Shown piece by piece: positions 27,201 through 38,746 of a stretch of 64,000 bases of DNA. Both the position numbers and the translations under genes were made by a program. Position 1 is the stretch's first letter; each line of letters begins with the position of its first letter. The notes beneath the pieces are model-generated. The model was not told the DNA's origin, did no database searches, and saw nothing but the letters and a program-made list of their open reading frames with translations. The stretch lies in contig NC_134025.1 in NCBI RefSeq assembly GCF_964204645.1, forward strand, positions 21,055,101 to 21,119,100. The letters run 5' to 3'. The DNA comes from Tubulanus polymorphus (taxonomy: Eukaryota; Animalia; Nemertea).

Positions 27201-30200
27201 ATCATAAATGATATTCATACATCCACGTCATTTCCAGAACAACAAACTAATGATGCCTCGATCTAAATCTGGATTACTGGCAAATTGACTGGTCACATAT
27301 ACAGATATGGGTTAGTTATCAAAGTTTATTCAAAGTAAGAAATCCTTAAGCTAGATAATGACGTATATGAGTTACTCATCACTTCATGGTGATCAAGGTG
27401 AGATCTAGTATCAAATGTACCCTGCATTGTCTTCTTATCGGAGATACTGAATTTTACATGTTCCATTACCAATCAAATTCACCCCTTCTCCCACTAAGTT
27501 TGACAAGACCCAGTGATAACTTGCAGTAACAGAATTTTGAAGTGGCCCCAATTGCAGTCATAACTTCAGTCTAAAAGCTGACTTGTATCTTAAGAATAGT
27601 TTTAAGCTGTTGGATGAGCTATACATGTACATGGAAACCATAGGCCGGGTCTTAAATCTAAGTCTTGAAGTATTTCCTAGTCTACGTATGAAACAGGATG
27701 GAATCTCCTCTACGACATCAAGCTGAGCACTGATGTCAAGTACATAACATGTACTAAACAATACTAATGGTACCTATAAACAATGTACATGTACATGTGA
27801 AATATAAAGACTCTACGTAGGCCTAGCTAACAAGTCTAGCTTACCTTAGTAGTACTTCAGCATCCATAGTGTAAACCCTCAGTGGATTAATAGATGTTAA
27901 GACCGTATAAACGCCGATATCAAATTTCCTGAAATATTTTGCAAATTATTTTTTGATTGACAGACAGTGGGTATTCGATGACATAGATAGTAAAACATGT
28001 TTAACCACGATATTTTCAATCCAAAAAACATTAAAATGGAGCACAGCTTTTTCTAAATGAAAACCATTAAGGTTGAAATGGTGTTAGGATTCAAAAGTTG
28101 TGTTAATTGGAAACAAAGGTATACACAACTTTTGCTCATTTTCAGTCCCTTCGGCCATGTAAGCAATATCAAGCATCGTGTATAGAGATTTAGCCAATTT
28201 TGAACCCCTTTGCCCAAAGATGTACCGTATAGGGCCTACATACCGGTACTTGATGAATTTCCTAGAAATCCAAGTATTTCTTCATTACACTGTTACATGA
28301 ATCTGTGGCCTGCAAGAATGTCCAGACCTAACTAAAATCTTGATCAATGAAAAAATACTTGGATTTCTCGGAAGAATTCATTGAAGCCCATAAAAACCAG
28401 TTATGTTCCAATGAGTTGATCGTACATACTCACCTTCCATCAACCAGAAATGGCCGATCAATATATTCTTGAATGAATGTACTTTCAGCAGTGAAGTCTA
28501 ACTCTGCAAAAAAAAGAAAAATTTGTTCTACCGCATGAACATTAATATGCTCGGCCCAGTCTAGAAATATCAATCATGCAGTTGGCTGCTACTACATGTA
28601 CAATGATTGCCAAAGAGCACAGATCTAACAATCAGCTATAAGATAACTTGTAGTGGCAATGGCAGCAGAAATGGAAGTACCAAATATCTCATATTTGGCA
28701 GTAAGTATATTGAGCGCATTTATTCTTGGGATAGAGCCTAAAAAATTTTAACAAATATATTTTCGGGCTCGTGTCTCAGCTGCTGTACTGAGTGCAGAGA
28801 TCCCGCTAAACCCATTTTGGTCCGATCACCAAATGTAATAAATATTTCACTACTACTGACATTTTTTTCTGATGTTAATATAGAAGCAAATGATGGAAAC
28901 AAGCCCTGAACCAATCATGGCTATGATTACAGAGTCTAATGTACATGTAAGTCAATTGGGTAGTCATTACATAACTATTCTCACTGGTATAATTTTAACC
29001 AACTTTTTATGTAACACTACATACAGAATGATACGAAAATAAATAAATACCTTTCATTGATTTGATTTTTATTCCTCGGTGTGTGTTACTTTTTTGAACC
29101 CACATTTTCTTTGGGAATTTTGCCGCCTAAAATATAGAATGCAGAAATTAAGGGTCCACGGACACCATACCCACTTGGAGAAATGCTTCACAATCTGACA
29201 GTATAAACATTTACAAATACAGTAATCAATAAATTTTTTTTAAAAATTCAAAAATTTTTTAAAAATCGACTGTTATGTTTAAGGTCCCTTTCCAAAGCGC
29301 ATACCAATCACAGATTTCAATGAAAAATGGCAAACCATTAGGAAACAATAGATCCCGGAATTCAGGCCAAAAATGACTATTTTGGACATTAACAAGGTCA
29401 TAGGATGGCTATCTTGTGTCTGGTCTATCCAATTTTTCTTGATGATGATGGACCTTAAGGAAATAAATACACATCCCGGTACATATAAAACATCAAGATA
29501 ACTGATTGAAGCATCTTTCCTCGGAAATTTACAAAATGTGAAAAAAAGGGCAAACCTTGAATCTGATCAATCCAGTTTTTGGGGCTAAAGAAATGTGTCA
29601 AGAGTAGAGACGTATATAAATAAAATATCAAGACAATTGATTCAAATGTCGTAAAAACTTTCCAAAATAACTGGATTCCATCTTGGATGGACGGACAGAT
29701 GACATATTTAAAATGAACACTGGCCTAGGTGGGCCAAAAATGGTGATGCATGACAAAGCAGAATGCCACAAAAGAACTACATTTGACTCGCCTCAGATCA
29801 TTGTCTTGCTCAGATTAAGTAACAAAGAATTGTTGAAATCAGTTAATTCAAAAATCTCATACCTCATATTAGACAGTCCCAGAAATCCGAGTTACCTGAA
29901 GTCTACTAGGCCAATACTGATTTCATATAAGCATAATATACAACTTACATATTTCTTGAAGTCATCAGCTTGATGCGGTAATCTAAAAGCTTTTGGAATG
30001 CCATGTATTTTAGTAACTGCCAGGCTGTTTTTATTGGTTACGTACCCAGTGCCAGGAAAATGGTTCACCTAAAAAGATAATCGATACATCGATACAACAA
30101 CAAATAGGCCAATATTTTTCCAGATCATGCATCGTGTGCAGAAAGCTCTGATATCGGTAAACAACAATAGCCAGCAGTCGGCCATCTTGATTCAGCTCTT

Positions 30201-32249
30201 TTGGGCTGCTGGCGTGCCAAGGGCATGTATAGATCCAACATCAAGACAAATTTATCAAAGCCTTTTCAAAACAACTTGATTTTATCTACAAATAGATGAA
30301 TAATGGGCAAACAGTGAACACAATAGCCCTGGGGCTAAGCTCCATGTATGCTAAGAACTGATGCAGATTAAGAGAGTTCAATAACCTAAAGACTACAACA
30401 TTTACCTTTTGATGCACAGCTAAGTTGCGAAGTCGTTTTTCTAAATCGCCTCCATCAGCGAACGGATATTCATGCGACCACAAGACATCCCATCTCGTTT
30501 TCAAAGAACCACGAATGTAGCCCGACCTTTGAAACAAATTCAACACGTGGTCGAGGTATCCCGAATCAGGCTGGAATGAGAATGAAATATTGTGATTATC
30601 GTAAATTAATTTAAAAAGAGTTGAATCTCCTCTAATTTCTACATTTGTCAATGTATACTCATGATGTATGTAACACATAGCTTTCGGATACCTGTCTGAA
30701 CTAAAGCGCTATGGATCATCTCAACAAACGAGGAAACTGGCCAATGAAATGTTTATCATATTTACCCGAGCAGCTACGATCGTAAAGACGGGTTGATTTT
30801 TAGGCGGTATCGATAGTTTAGGTTCATCGTATTCGTGCGCTCTGATGAAATCGTTTGTAAAATGGTCGCTCTGCAAGCGCCGTAGTTCGTAAACGTTGAG
30901 AATCGTCAAAACCAGACCGAATATGAGCACACCCAAAACAATATATGTGAACCTCGAGCTGACCCCGCTCTGATGAGTCGGCGCTTGCGTCATCTGAAAT
31001 TAGATGCAGACACTTGAATTAATCGTTTTTAATCACTTAAAAAAGGCCCAACGCCATTTTCAAAAAGACATCTTTCATAAATAATAATTGACATTTATAT
31101 AGCGCAGGTGAGCAAGTTCAGATGTGCTTTAATTTGGTATCATTATCCCCAGCCTATAACTCTATTCCATGCTTCAATGTTTCATGTATACAGAACTCTT
31201 TTAACAGTTACGGTAGCTGCCATCATGATCCTTCGCAGTTGTAAGCCTACAACTACGGGCGGATTTAGTAAAATGATTCTAAGGCCGGGGTCCAGAAGAA
31301 AAGAAAAGGCATTCTCGAATAAAGCAGCCATGTCGAAGCCCCTTAGTGGAGTCCCTCAAGGGTTTGATATAGTTATGAAGTCCACCCGAAAAGATGCAAT
31401 TTCCAAGAGGATCAGTGTTGAATTTATAGGTTTTAACGATCTCTGTCGTTATGAAAAAGGCAACCACAAAGGGAAGGCTCCAACACCACCACTAAATCCG
31501 CTGATAAAAGTTTTGATAGGACCTGAATGGACTGGCAGTTGAACTAAAACATCATTTTTTAATCCATTCAACACTGTATTGAAAGATTGCAAAAAAGTCT
31601 TCATCGAAACGGGTTCATGATATAAAAGAGACCATTTTCTTGAAAGAATAAAGGTTTAACAATATGCTTCCATGCCTACCAACAGAAGTTTGGTATGTAG
31701 GCATGGAAAAACATTGTTAAACATTCAAATCATCGAGTCACTTTTCTTTATTCAACCCCTTTCAATTAAGACTTTTTGGCAACCCTTCAATACAGTGTAA
31801 TATGTATTAAAAGTCAATGTTTTAGATCAACTGCCATCCAATTCTGGTCCTATGAAGACTAAATAAGGCACGTACCACCAAAACTGATGGAGCTAGGCCA
31901 CATGATGTCCTCTCAAGTCAGGTTGAAATAGACACCTTGTAGTTGTGAGGAGCAAACCTCGTAGTTTGTAGCAAACATGCCGAGACAACCGCCTTGATTT
32001 TCACTGCACGCAAAGATAATAATAATTAACCTTATTCAGAAAACTTACATAATAAGGCAATCCCGACTTCGTCAAATTTTCATCTCGGCGTAATCCTATT
32101 CATCAAAAACAAATATAATACATAATATTTAGAAAGAGTTAGTGTATAGGCCTAGGGTCTACTTACTTTTTGATTAAGTTTTTCCCTTTTAATCAATATC
32201 ATCACTTACCACATTTCAAATGTTCGGGTTTGTCATACAGCCTCTTCAT
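24206..32249 (-). CDS. Tubulin-tyrosine-ligase-like (TTLL15-like) ATP-grasp protein with N-terminal transmembrane helix, 16 coding exons
   Basis: Exons: 32210-32249 and 32049-32095 (both tentative, frame-consistent), 30766-30993 (TM helix), 30406-30570 (WDVLWSHEYPF), 29949-30068 (VNHFPGTGYVTNK), 29051-29126 (WVQKSNTHRGIKI), 28434-28503 (IQEYIDRPFLVDG), 27845-27928 (KFDIGVY), 26866-26950 (FCPKDY..KYVVGDDYTPTW), 26127-26205, 25935-26043, 25691-25757 (NFFEMVRFDFVLDENLNVYLME), 25251-25378 (ANMSPNL), 24899-24998, 24425-24538, 24206-24331 (WFVGKCKQAHHWC stop). These are TTL-family motifs, including the catalytic ExN. Confidence 0.9.
29151..29740 (+). mobile_element. Diverged relative of the Helentron-type element lacking the tandem array
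   Basis: Start GGGTCCACGGACACCATACCCACTTGG, shared internal blocks (AAATGGCAAACCA, CCAAAATAACTGGATTCCATCT), GGAC repeats and a 3' GTGGGCCAAAAA end. Confidence 0.7.
31509..31860. mobile_element. ~350-bp palindromic foldback MITE in a TTLL15-like intron
   Basis: The arms pair along their length (ATAGGACC/GGTCCTAT, GGCAGTTGA/TCAACTGCC, ACACTGTATTGAA/TTCAATACAGTGT, TTCCATGCCTAC/GTAGGCATGGAA) around a centre near 31688. Confidence 0.8.
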
Positions 32250-35200
32250 GTCGAGTTCGCACTGCAACGAATGAACAATAATTTGTAAGTGATTGACATT
32301 TTCTGATTGCGCATTGTGTAACCAATTCTATTCTCATCGATGTTATTGATTTTGTGTACTGTATAAGTATCAATAACAGCAGCAAAAATCAATATAATCA
32401 ATATTTATTTTTCATTATTCAGTAGCCTTCATCCATTCTATGGCTATCATGATGGGAATTTGTGACAAAAAGTCATAACAACAAGAGCGGTGATTTCAAA
32501 TCATCTAAAATCATGGTCACCGTCCGTAGACGTAAAAATGGTAGGCATGGAAGGACATCTTCTATTTGAATAATTTTAAATGATAGGCATGGATACATAT
32601 AAAATTGATTTAGTTTTTGATTTTTCATAATGATTTAGTTCATAACATGGCAATCCTTGAACACAGTGCGAAATGAATTAAAATGATGGCTCAGACTACA
32701 GGTTTCACACTACACTGACACTGTCACTGGTCATGTACAAAAGATTAAGAGAAGTAGCCCCAAAAATCGATCCGAGACAAAATATTGACTGTAGTATCTA
32801 TGTTCGGGGTGACCCAGTGCAGTGTTTTCGTCTGCATTCAGCTCACTACCTACTCTTACTCTGAGAAGGCTAACGATTTCTTAAAACTAAGCTTCTAAAA
32901 AAAAAATCGAAATTGAATTTGCGGTCATTTAATTACTTCCGCATCCACACGACCTTGACTCGTAAAACGCGGATCTCTAATTCGGACTCAAACGTGGACT
33001 TGCGGAGCGCGTAAATTCTTACCCTTTTATTGGATAGCAGTGAACCAATCAGCGACCGGCAATTGATGGGATTCGCGCGTTTATGCTACAAGGCAAAAAC
33101 TTATTCGCCTAAAAGTTCAACAGTCAATTCAATTACCTGCAACAAGCTTGTGTTCGTCTCCGTTCAACAACTACACCTGATGAAAAATTTAAATCCTTCT
33201 AAGTCTTGTTGTATTGTATTTTGTTGGAAGGAAGAATTTCAAATTAATCCGTTCAATTTTAATAATTAATCTTTTTTTTCAATGTAGAAATACAGATCCT
33301 ACGGCCACTTTTGCTTTGGTGTTTATACTTGTAGGCCCTTCTTTCTAATCATAATTATTATGTAAGCATAAGTATGTATTATTACTATATATTTGCTGAA
33401 ACGATATCGAATGGTCGAGTGGATGATGTCATTTTAGTTTTTTTCTCATATCGGGAACAATTAGTTTTCGGAGAAATTCAGTTCATTCAATCTGCGACTG
33501 GTGCTCTTTGTACCTGACCTTCATGTCTGTTTATTTTTTTTTCAACATGGCAATTTAAATTAGGCTGTATAAGAGAAAGAAGAATATGTTGACGATCCAA
33601 AAAGCAAAGTTGGGACTGGTAACTAGGACTCCTGGTAACCGGTGTAACATATTGTATTTGAAGGCAATACATGGAACGATCGCCCGACTAGAATTTTCGT
33701 TTATTAAAACACTTCCAACGAACATTCGACGCGCTATTTGAGCATGATGTACAATATTTGCCTACTATATACTGACTTATATCATAATAAGTCGTCGATA
33801 GTTGGATTATAATACTCCTCAAAAGCCTTTCGGTGGTATGAGTCATCGCGACGCCGCCGCCAGCGTGTTCAATATTAGAGCGCATGTCTCGCCGCGCGTG
33901 TGCTGCCAGTACTGTGTTGTTACTCCGTCGTCACAGTTTTTTGACCAATAACGAGCGCTGTAATTCAACGCTCGCGATTAACAGCCATTCATAAGTAATC
34001 GAACGTTTGTTGTGAACGCTGAAAACCACGTGTACCGGTTACGTCTGTTTCTATTTATAGCTATAGACAGCGGCGGACTGAACGAAATGATCGTTAGTAT
34101 TGCACCACAACCTGGCGTAGAGTCAGCGAGATAAACGGTGACCCCGGACTTTACCGGGGTTTATCAACAAAATATATACGGATTATCAGATAAAGAAAGA
34201 AAGAGAAGATTACCGCATGGTCAATAAAAAACGGATTAATTGTCACCCTGTTATTCATTCAACGGTAAGCGAAATATTTGTCATCAAATGCAACTTGTTT
34301 GGTATCTTGTAATCGGTAGCGGCAATCGGGTCAGCGACGGGGTCTGCTCCCAGTGAGTTGTAACAGACTTGAAATAACATTCCTTAAACGTGTTGAAATG
34401 TGATTGTTTTATAGCATATCGTATGAGCAATTTTACGTGTTATAGCTATGCATTCATAACGAGAAAACATAAATGAAAGTTATAACAAGAAAATGTAAAT
34501 GGAAGTGTCGCGTTTTATATTATATTCCGGGTGAATAATTCTAAGTCTCACGCAAAGCTTTTTACCGGCAGTCCTATATTTACGAGGTTTATTTACGACC
34601 CTAGTTTTATTTTCACAGCGATATATCGCGCAACTTCAAATTGTATAAGATACATAGATGTTTGAATGTTTCCCATGTTCTACGATACCGATAGAAACCA
34701 TCGGGAATACAATATTGTATTTTGGAATGTCACTTGGGGTTGTTAATTTTAGGATAGTTCTAACCCTGGACGGTTCTTGGTTGCGCGGTGCGATCGCTAC
34801 GACGGGTTCTCGTTAGCCTCTTGATTTAAAGCTGGAACAAGCATTCGGTTCACATCTGCCACTTGCCACAGCCATCAATCACAACTACCAGCTATTAGAT
34901 CGATAAGGCTATTGTTGGAGTTGAATTCTTTACCACAACGGGGAAATTCATCCATCCATTGTCATTTTCAATATTTCCGAAAAAGCGCACTCAAATCAGC
35001 GATCAATCGGGAACGAAACCGCTGCCACGCTTTTGTATCATATATCCACACACCGAATGAATAAATGCCAGAAAAATTCATCTAAACTGGAGACCTTTTT
35101 AGAGATATCGTACTCTAGTTGTGAAGTGATTATCACACCGCTCGCCGTCGTAGATTAGCTCGTATATAGATTACACATTTTACTAATTTGAATAGGTTAT

Positions 35201-35329
35201 CAGTATTTAGATTTTTTTTCTATGAAAGAGGTCAGACATTTTCAATGACTTGTACAACCTGGTAGTAACAACTAACGTCATAGCGCTACAGGTGAGTAAC
35301 ACACAAATAGGGGGCGCTCAAACTGGACA

Positions 35330-35445
35330 CAACCCAATCAGTATCGACCTGACAAATCGGATCGCAAGATTCGGCCAATCGTGCCTTCATTTTATAGATA
35401 AATAGACCTTGAGTAATATCGCACGTGTGATGATATATATTAACC
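35330..35445 (+). promoter_or_regulatory. Proximal promoter of the ATF3-like gene
   Basis: CCAAT boxes at 35334 and 35375, E-box CACGTG at 35422, TATA-like TATATATTAA near 35434. A 5'-UTR intron acceptor lies at 35747-35748, just before the ATG. Confidence 0.5.
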
Positions 35446-35758
35446 GAGCGCTAAGTGTGTTTTGATTTATTATCAATTCGTAATGCGATTCGGAAAGGAC
35501 ACTCCTGGACTGGTGGATACCACCAAACCACAAGTTGCTTTAATGCAGCAACGGAAGCAAGTGTACGTTTGCAAACGAAAAAAAGTTTTTCATTACTGCT
35601 AGAGTAATCCATCGAAATACGTTTATATGAAACGAAGAAAAAATTCAATAAAGTGACGTGGAATCATGTTCATTTTAACGTATTTGATTATAGATTAGAT
35701 ACTTCTTGATATTTTTCTTACGCGTCGATGTTGAATGTATATTTTCAGAGACGCGACG

Positions 35759-36994
35759 ATGTTGAGCGCGACGAGAAAACGACCGTATAATTCGATGTCC
35801 TCCGAAGACTCGGACGTACCGCCGTCTCCGGCTTCCAGCGTCGGTAGTCTCGAGGCCGAAGTCGATTTGCGTTTAGCTACGGCCACTATGGCCGTAGCGA
35901 CGTCGGGATCGCTAACCCCGTTGCTGAAAGAAGAAATACGCGCCGCGATTCAATACAAAAGACTACAGCGCGGAGAGAGCGAACTGGTTGTTGAGTACAA
36001 GGAAAAGCAAAAAAGCGAGGTAAATCTTACCACCAAGATCATCTCAGATTATCATCTTAGCTTAAACCGCCAAAATGCAATTTCACCTATCTCAGTCAAT
36101 CATAAATAATCGATTTGAAATGCATATTCTGAACTCGTGTTTTAGGAAATGACAAATGAAGAAGTTGGAAAAAGGACGATCCGGCGAGAGAGAAATAAGG
36201 TAGCTGCGCAGAAATGTCGCATGAAAAAGAAAAGAGATGCCGACACTTTAGAAAAAGTAAGTAGAGTATATTGCACCTATGCTAATTACGTAGTCCCTGA
36301 GCTATGAATCAAGCGTCTTTTGAAGCTCAAAACGTAAACCTATATACTAAACGGCTCGTAATTTTTTAAACGAATAAATTTCAGAAATTTTTGAAAGAAA
36401 ATGAATTTTCAAGATTGAATACTATAACAAATTTTGGATCGTAATTCATTTATTCAGTAGCATTGGGTATACTTCACCATTTGACCGGATAACAAATAAA
36501 GAATCAGGGAAATTAAGTCTCAAAACACGCATCGGTTGAGATGACATTCACCGATTAAGCCGTTTACGTGTTAACGGGGATCGAGTATAGAGAAATTTTC
36601 TAACAGAAATGCATCGAATTATTAGCATAAACGGCTTGTCTAAAACGTGACCGTTTTATTTCTTCAGCGCAAAGAAGAACTGGAATTAAGCCAGGAGAAG
36701 CTGAAAACCGAAGTACAAAAATTAGAGCAAGAACGCGAGAATTTGTTTCATATGTTACAATGCCATCAGCAAGTATGCCCGCTTCACAATATGACTTCAG
36801 CGACAGTGACCCAACAACTAAACCCGCCGCCGCAGCCGCCGACAAACCGAACAATATCTGAGAGCAGCGGTTTCAGCGAAATGAGTTATTTCAGCGAATC
36901 TCCCAGCCAGCAAAGCAACGATTCGTCGTTCGCTTTTCTAACAAGTGATTCGGATGACGATCTGAAAATGTTACTTAGTTTGAACTCCAACTAG
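35759..36994 (+). CDS. ATF3: bZIP transcription factor of the ATF3/JDP2 (Fos-related) group, 3 coding exons
   Basis: Exons 35759-36019 (LTPLLKEEIRAAIQYKRL, an ATF3/JDP2-type pre-basic motif), 36146-36256 (RRERNKVAAQKCRMKKK basic region), 36668-36994 (leucine heptads ending LQCHQQVC). Both introns are phase 0 GT-AG. ATF3 versus JDP2 orthology cannot be resolved here. Confidence 0.88.
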
Positions 36995-38429
36995 GATGCG
37001 CGAATTAAAAACGTCTCAACCAACCGCTGTCAAATAGTAGCTTTTGTGTTGGGTTCAATCAAAACGTCGTTCTTTTCACTCAACACCTATAACGAGTCTC
37101 GGGACCAAGTTTGGCGAAAACAAAAAACATCGACGTTAATCCGTTGAGAATTTCTGAATCGATTGTTGTTCAGATTTTTCCGTTTAAGTTTCCGATTACG
37201 AGAGACGTATATGAAAAACGTTGATGTTTCTAGAAGCGATCCAATTGAGTCAACGCGGTACGTATTCGGTATATTAGATACTTTTATTTTTGTAAAATCG
37301 TTGTTATCATGATGAATACTAAAAAATCATTGTGAATATTGACCAAAAAAAACATTACCATCAGATTGTTGTTAAGAGAGAGCTAGGAAACTTTCTGCTC
37401 AAAAATTCATCGTTTATATATATACAATCACGGAAATCTTTATACAATTTCTGATCATCAAAACACCATCGCATGAAGTTCATATTCGCTCACTAGGCAG
37501 ACGGTTCGCACGCGATTTCAGAAAATCGTACTTCGTAGCCCGTATCGTCCGCACTAAAGAATTATTCATTTCCGAGAACAAAACAAATAGAGGATCGGCA
37601 GATATTGGGCTGGAAATATTTTGTAAATTCCTTTGATATAACGACAGCGATTGTAGCTGACATTCAAATAGCGCGAGAAAAGATTCGTTTCGCAGATTAA
37701 GAGTTCGCATTTAAGATGCGTATTCTGGGTTGCAAACAATAATGCAAAATGTCAACGTTTCACCAATACCGGTACTGTATATTTTATAGCCCAAAATCTG
37801 TCTATTTTCGACACCTATTTTCGCGTTCCTGAACACAGGAGTTATACTGAGGTAGGTTTTTGTGAAATCGTGCGCGCGAGCTGTCTGAACAATTTACTGG
37901 GAACATAACGGATTTTGATGCGTAGGAAAATCGCGAGACAAACGTACAAAATAATACAAGGCTTGTTGTGATGGAAAAACCGGGTCTGTTGTATAGTGTA
38001 AATATGGTATAAAAAGAAAGGGCATTTTGAAAAAAAACGGGGCAATGTTTATCAGGGTATACACAGTCTTGTTAAACAGAAAAAGGTATACGCCTATTGG
38101 TTTGTTTGCTTACAACGGCGAGTGGTACATGTAAAAAGAAACCGTGTAAATATCTGTTATAAAAGACAAATTTGTAGGCGACAAATGAATTATATGTTAA
38201 TTTAGTAATTAACATTGAACATCAAACATGCAAATCATAAAGGCAGCATATACAATCTCAAGCAGGCCATTCTACCGAAATAATATGCACGACAACTGTA
38301 TCCACCATGTTTGATAAATAAATATATGTTTGTGTGAATAAAGACTGGTAAGATCTATAGCATCACCTGTAAATATTGTATACTACAACACTGTACATAA
38401 AACGAGTGGCAAAAAACTGACAAGTAACT

Positions 38430-38746
38430 CGGGGGCGGATCGAAGGGCAGGGTGCAGGGGGGATTTTAAAGGAATATGAAAAGAACTATAAAACATCAAC
38501 TGATACTTTAAAAGTTTAAATTCATAAGCGTGTTCTCTGTACTTCCAAAAATGAGGTAATAGTTTTCGATGATCGGGTGCACTATTGATTATATTAATTC
38601 AAATTCTTTATTGACACTAATAAATTTTACAATAAAACATTTTAGAAATACGTCAACAAAGTTAAACAACACAAAGAAATGAATAAAGTGATATGCCCTG
38701 TTTTGGGGAGCAGCCCTACCTGAAACAGACCCTAGATCCACCCCTG
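38430..38746. mobile_element. MITE, CAGGGGCGGAT family, downstream of the ATF3-like stop codon
   Basis: CGGGGGCGGATC ... GATCCACCCCTG termini with flanks TAACT/TAAAT. It shares AAAGTTTAAATTCATAAGC and CAGACCCTAGATCC with 2653-2900. Confidence 0.68.
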
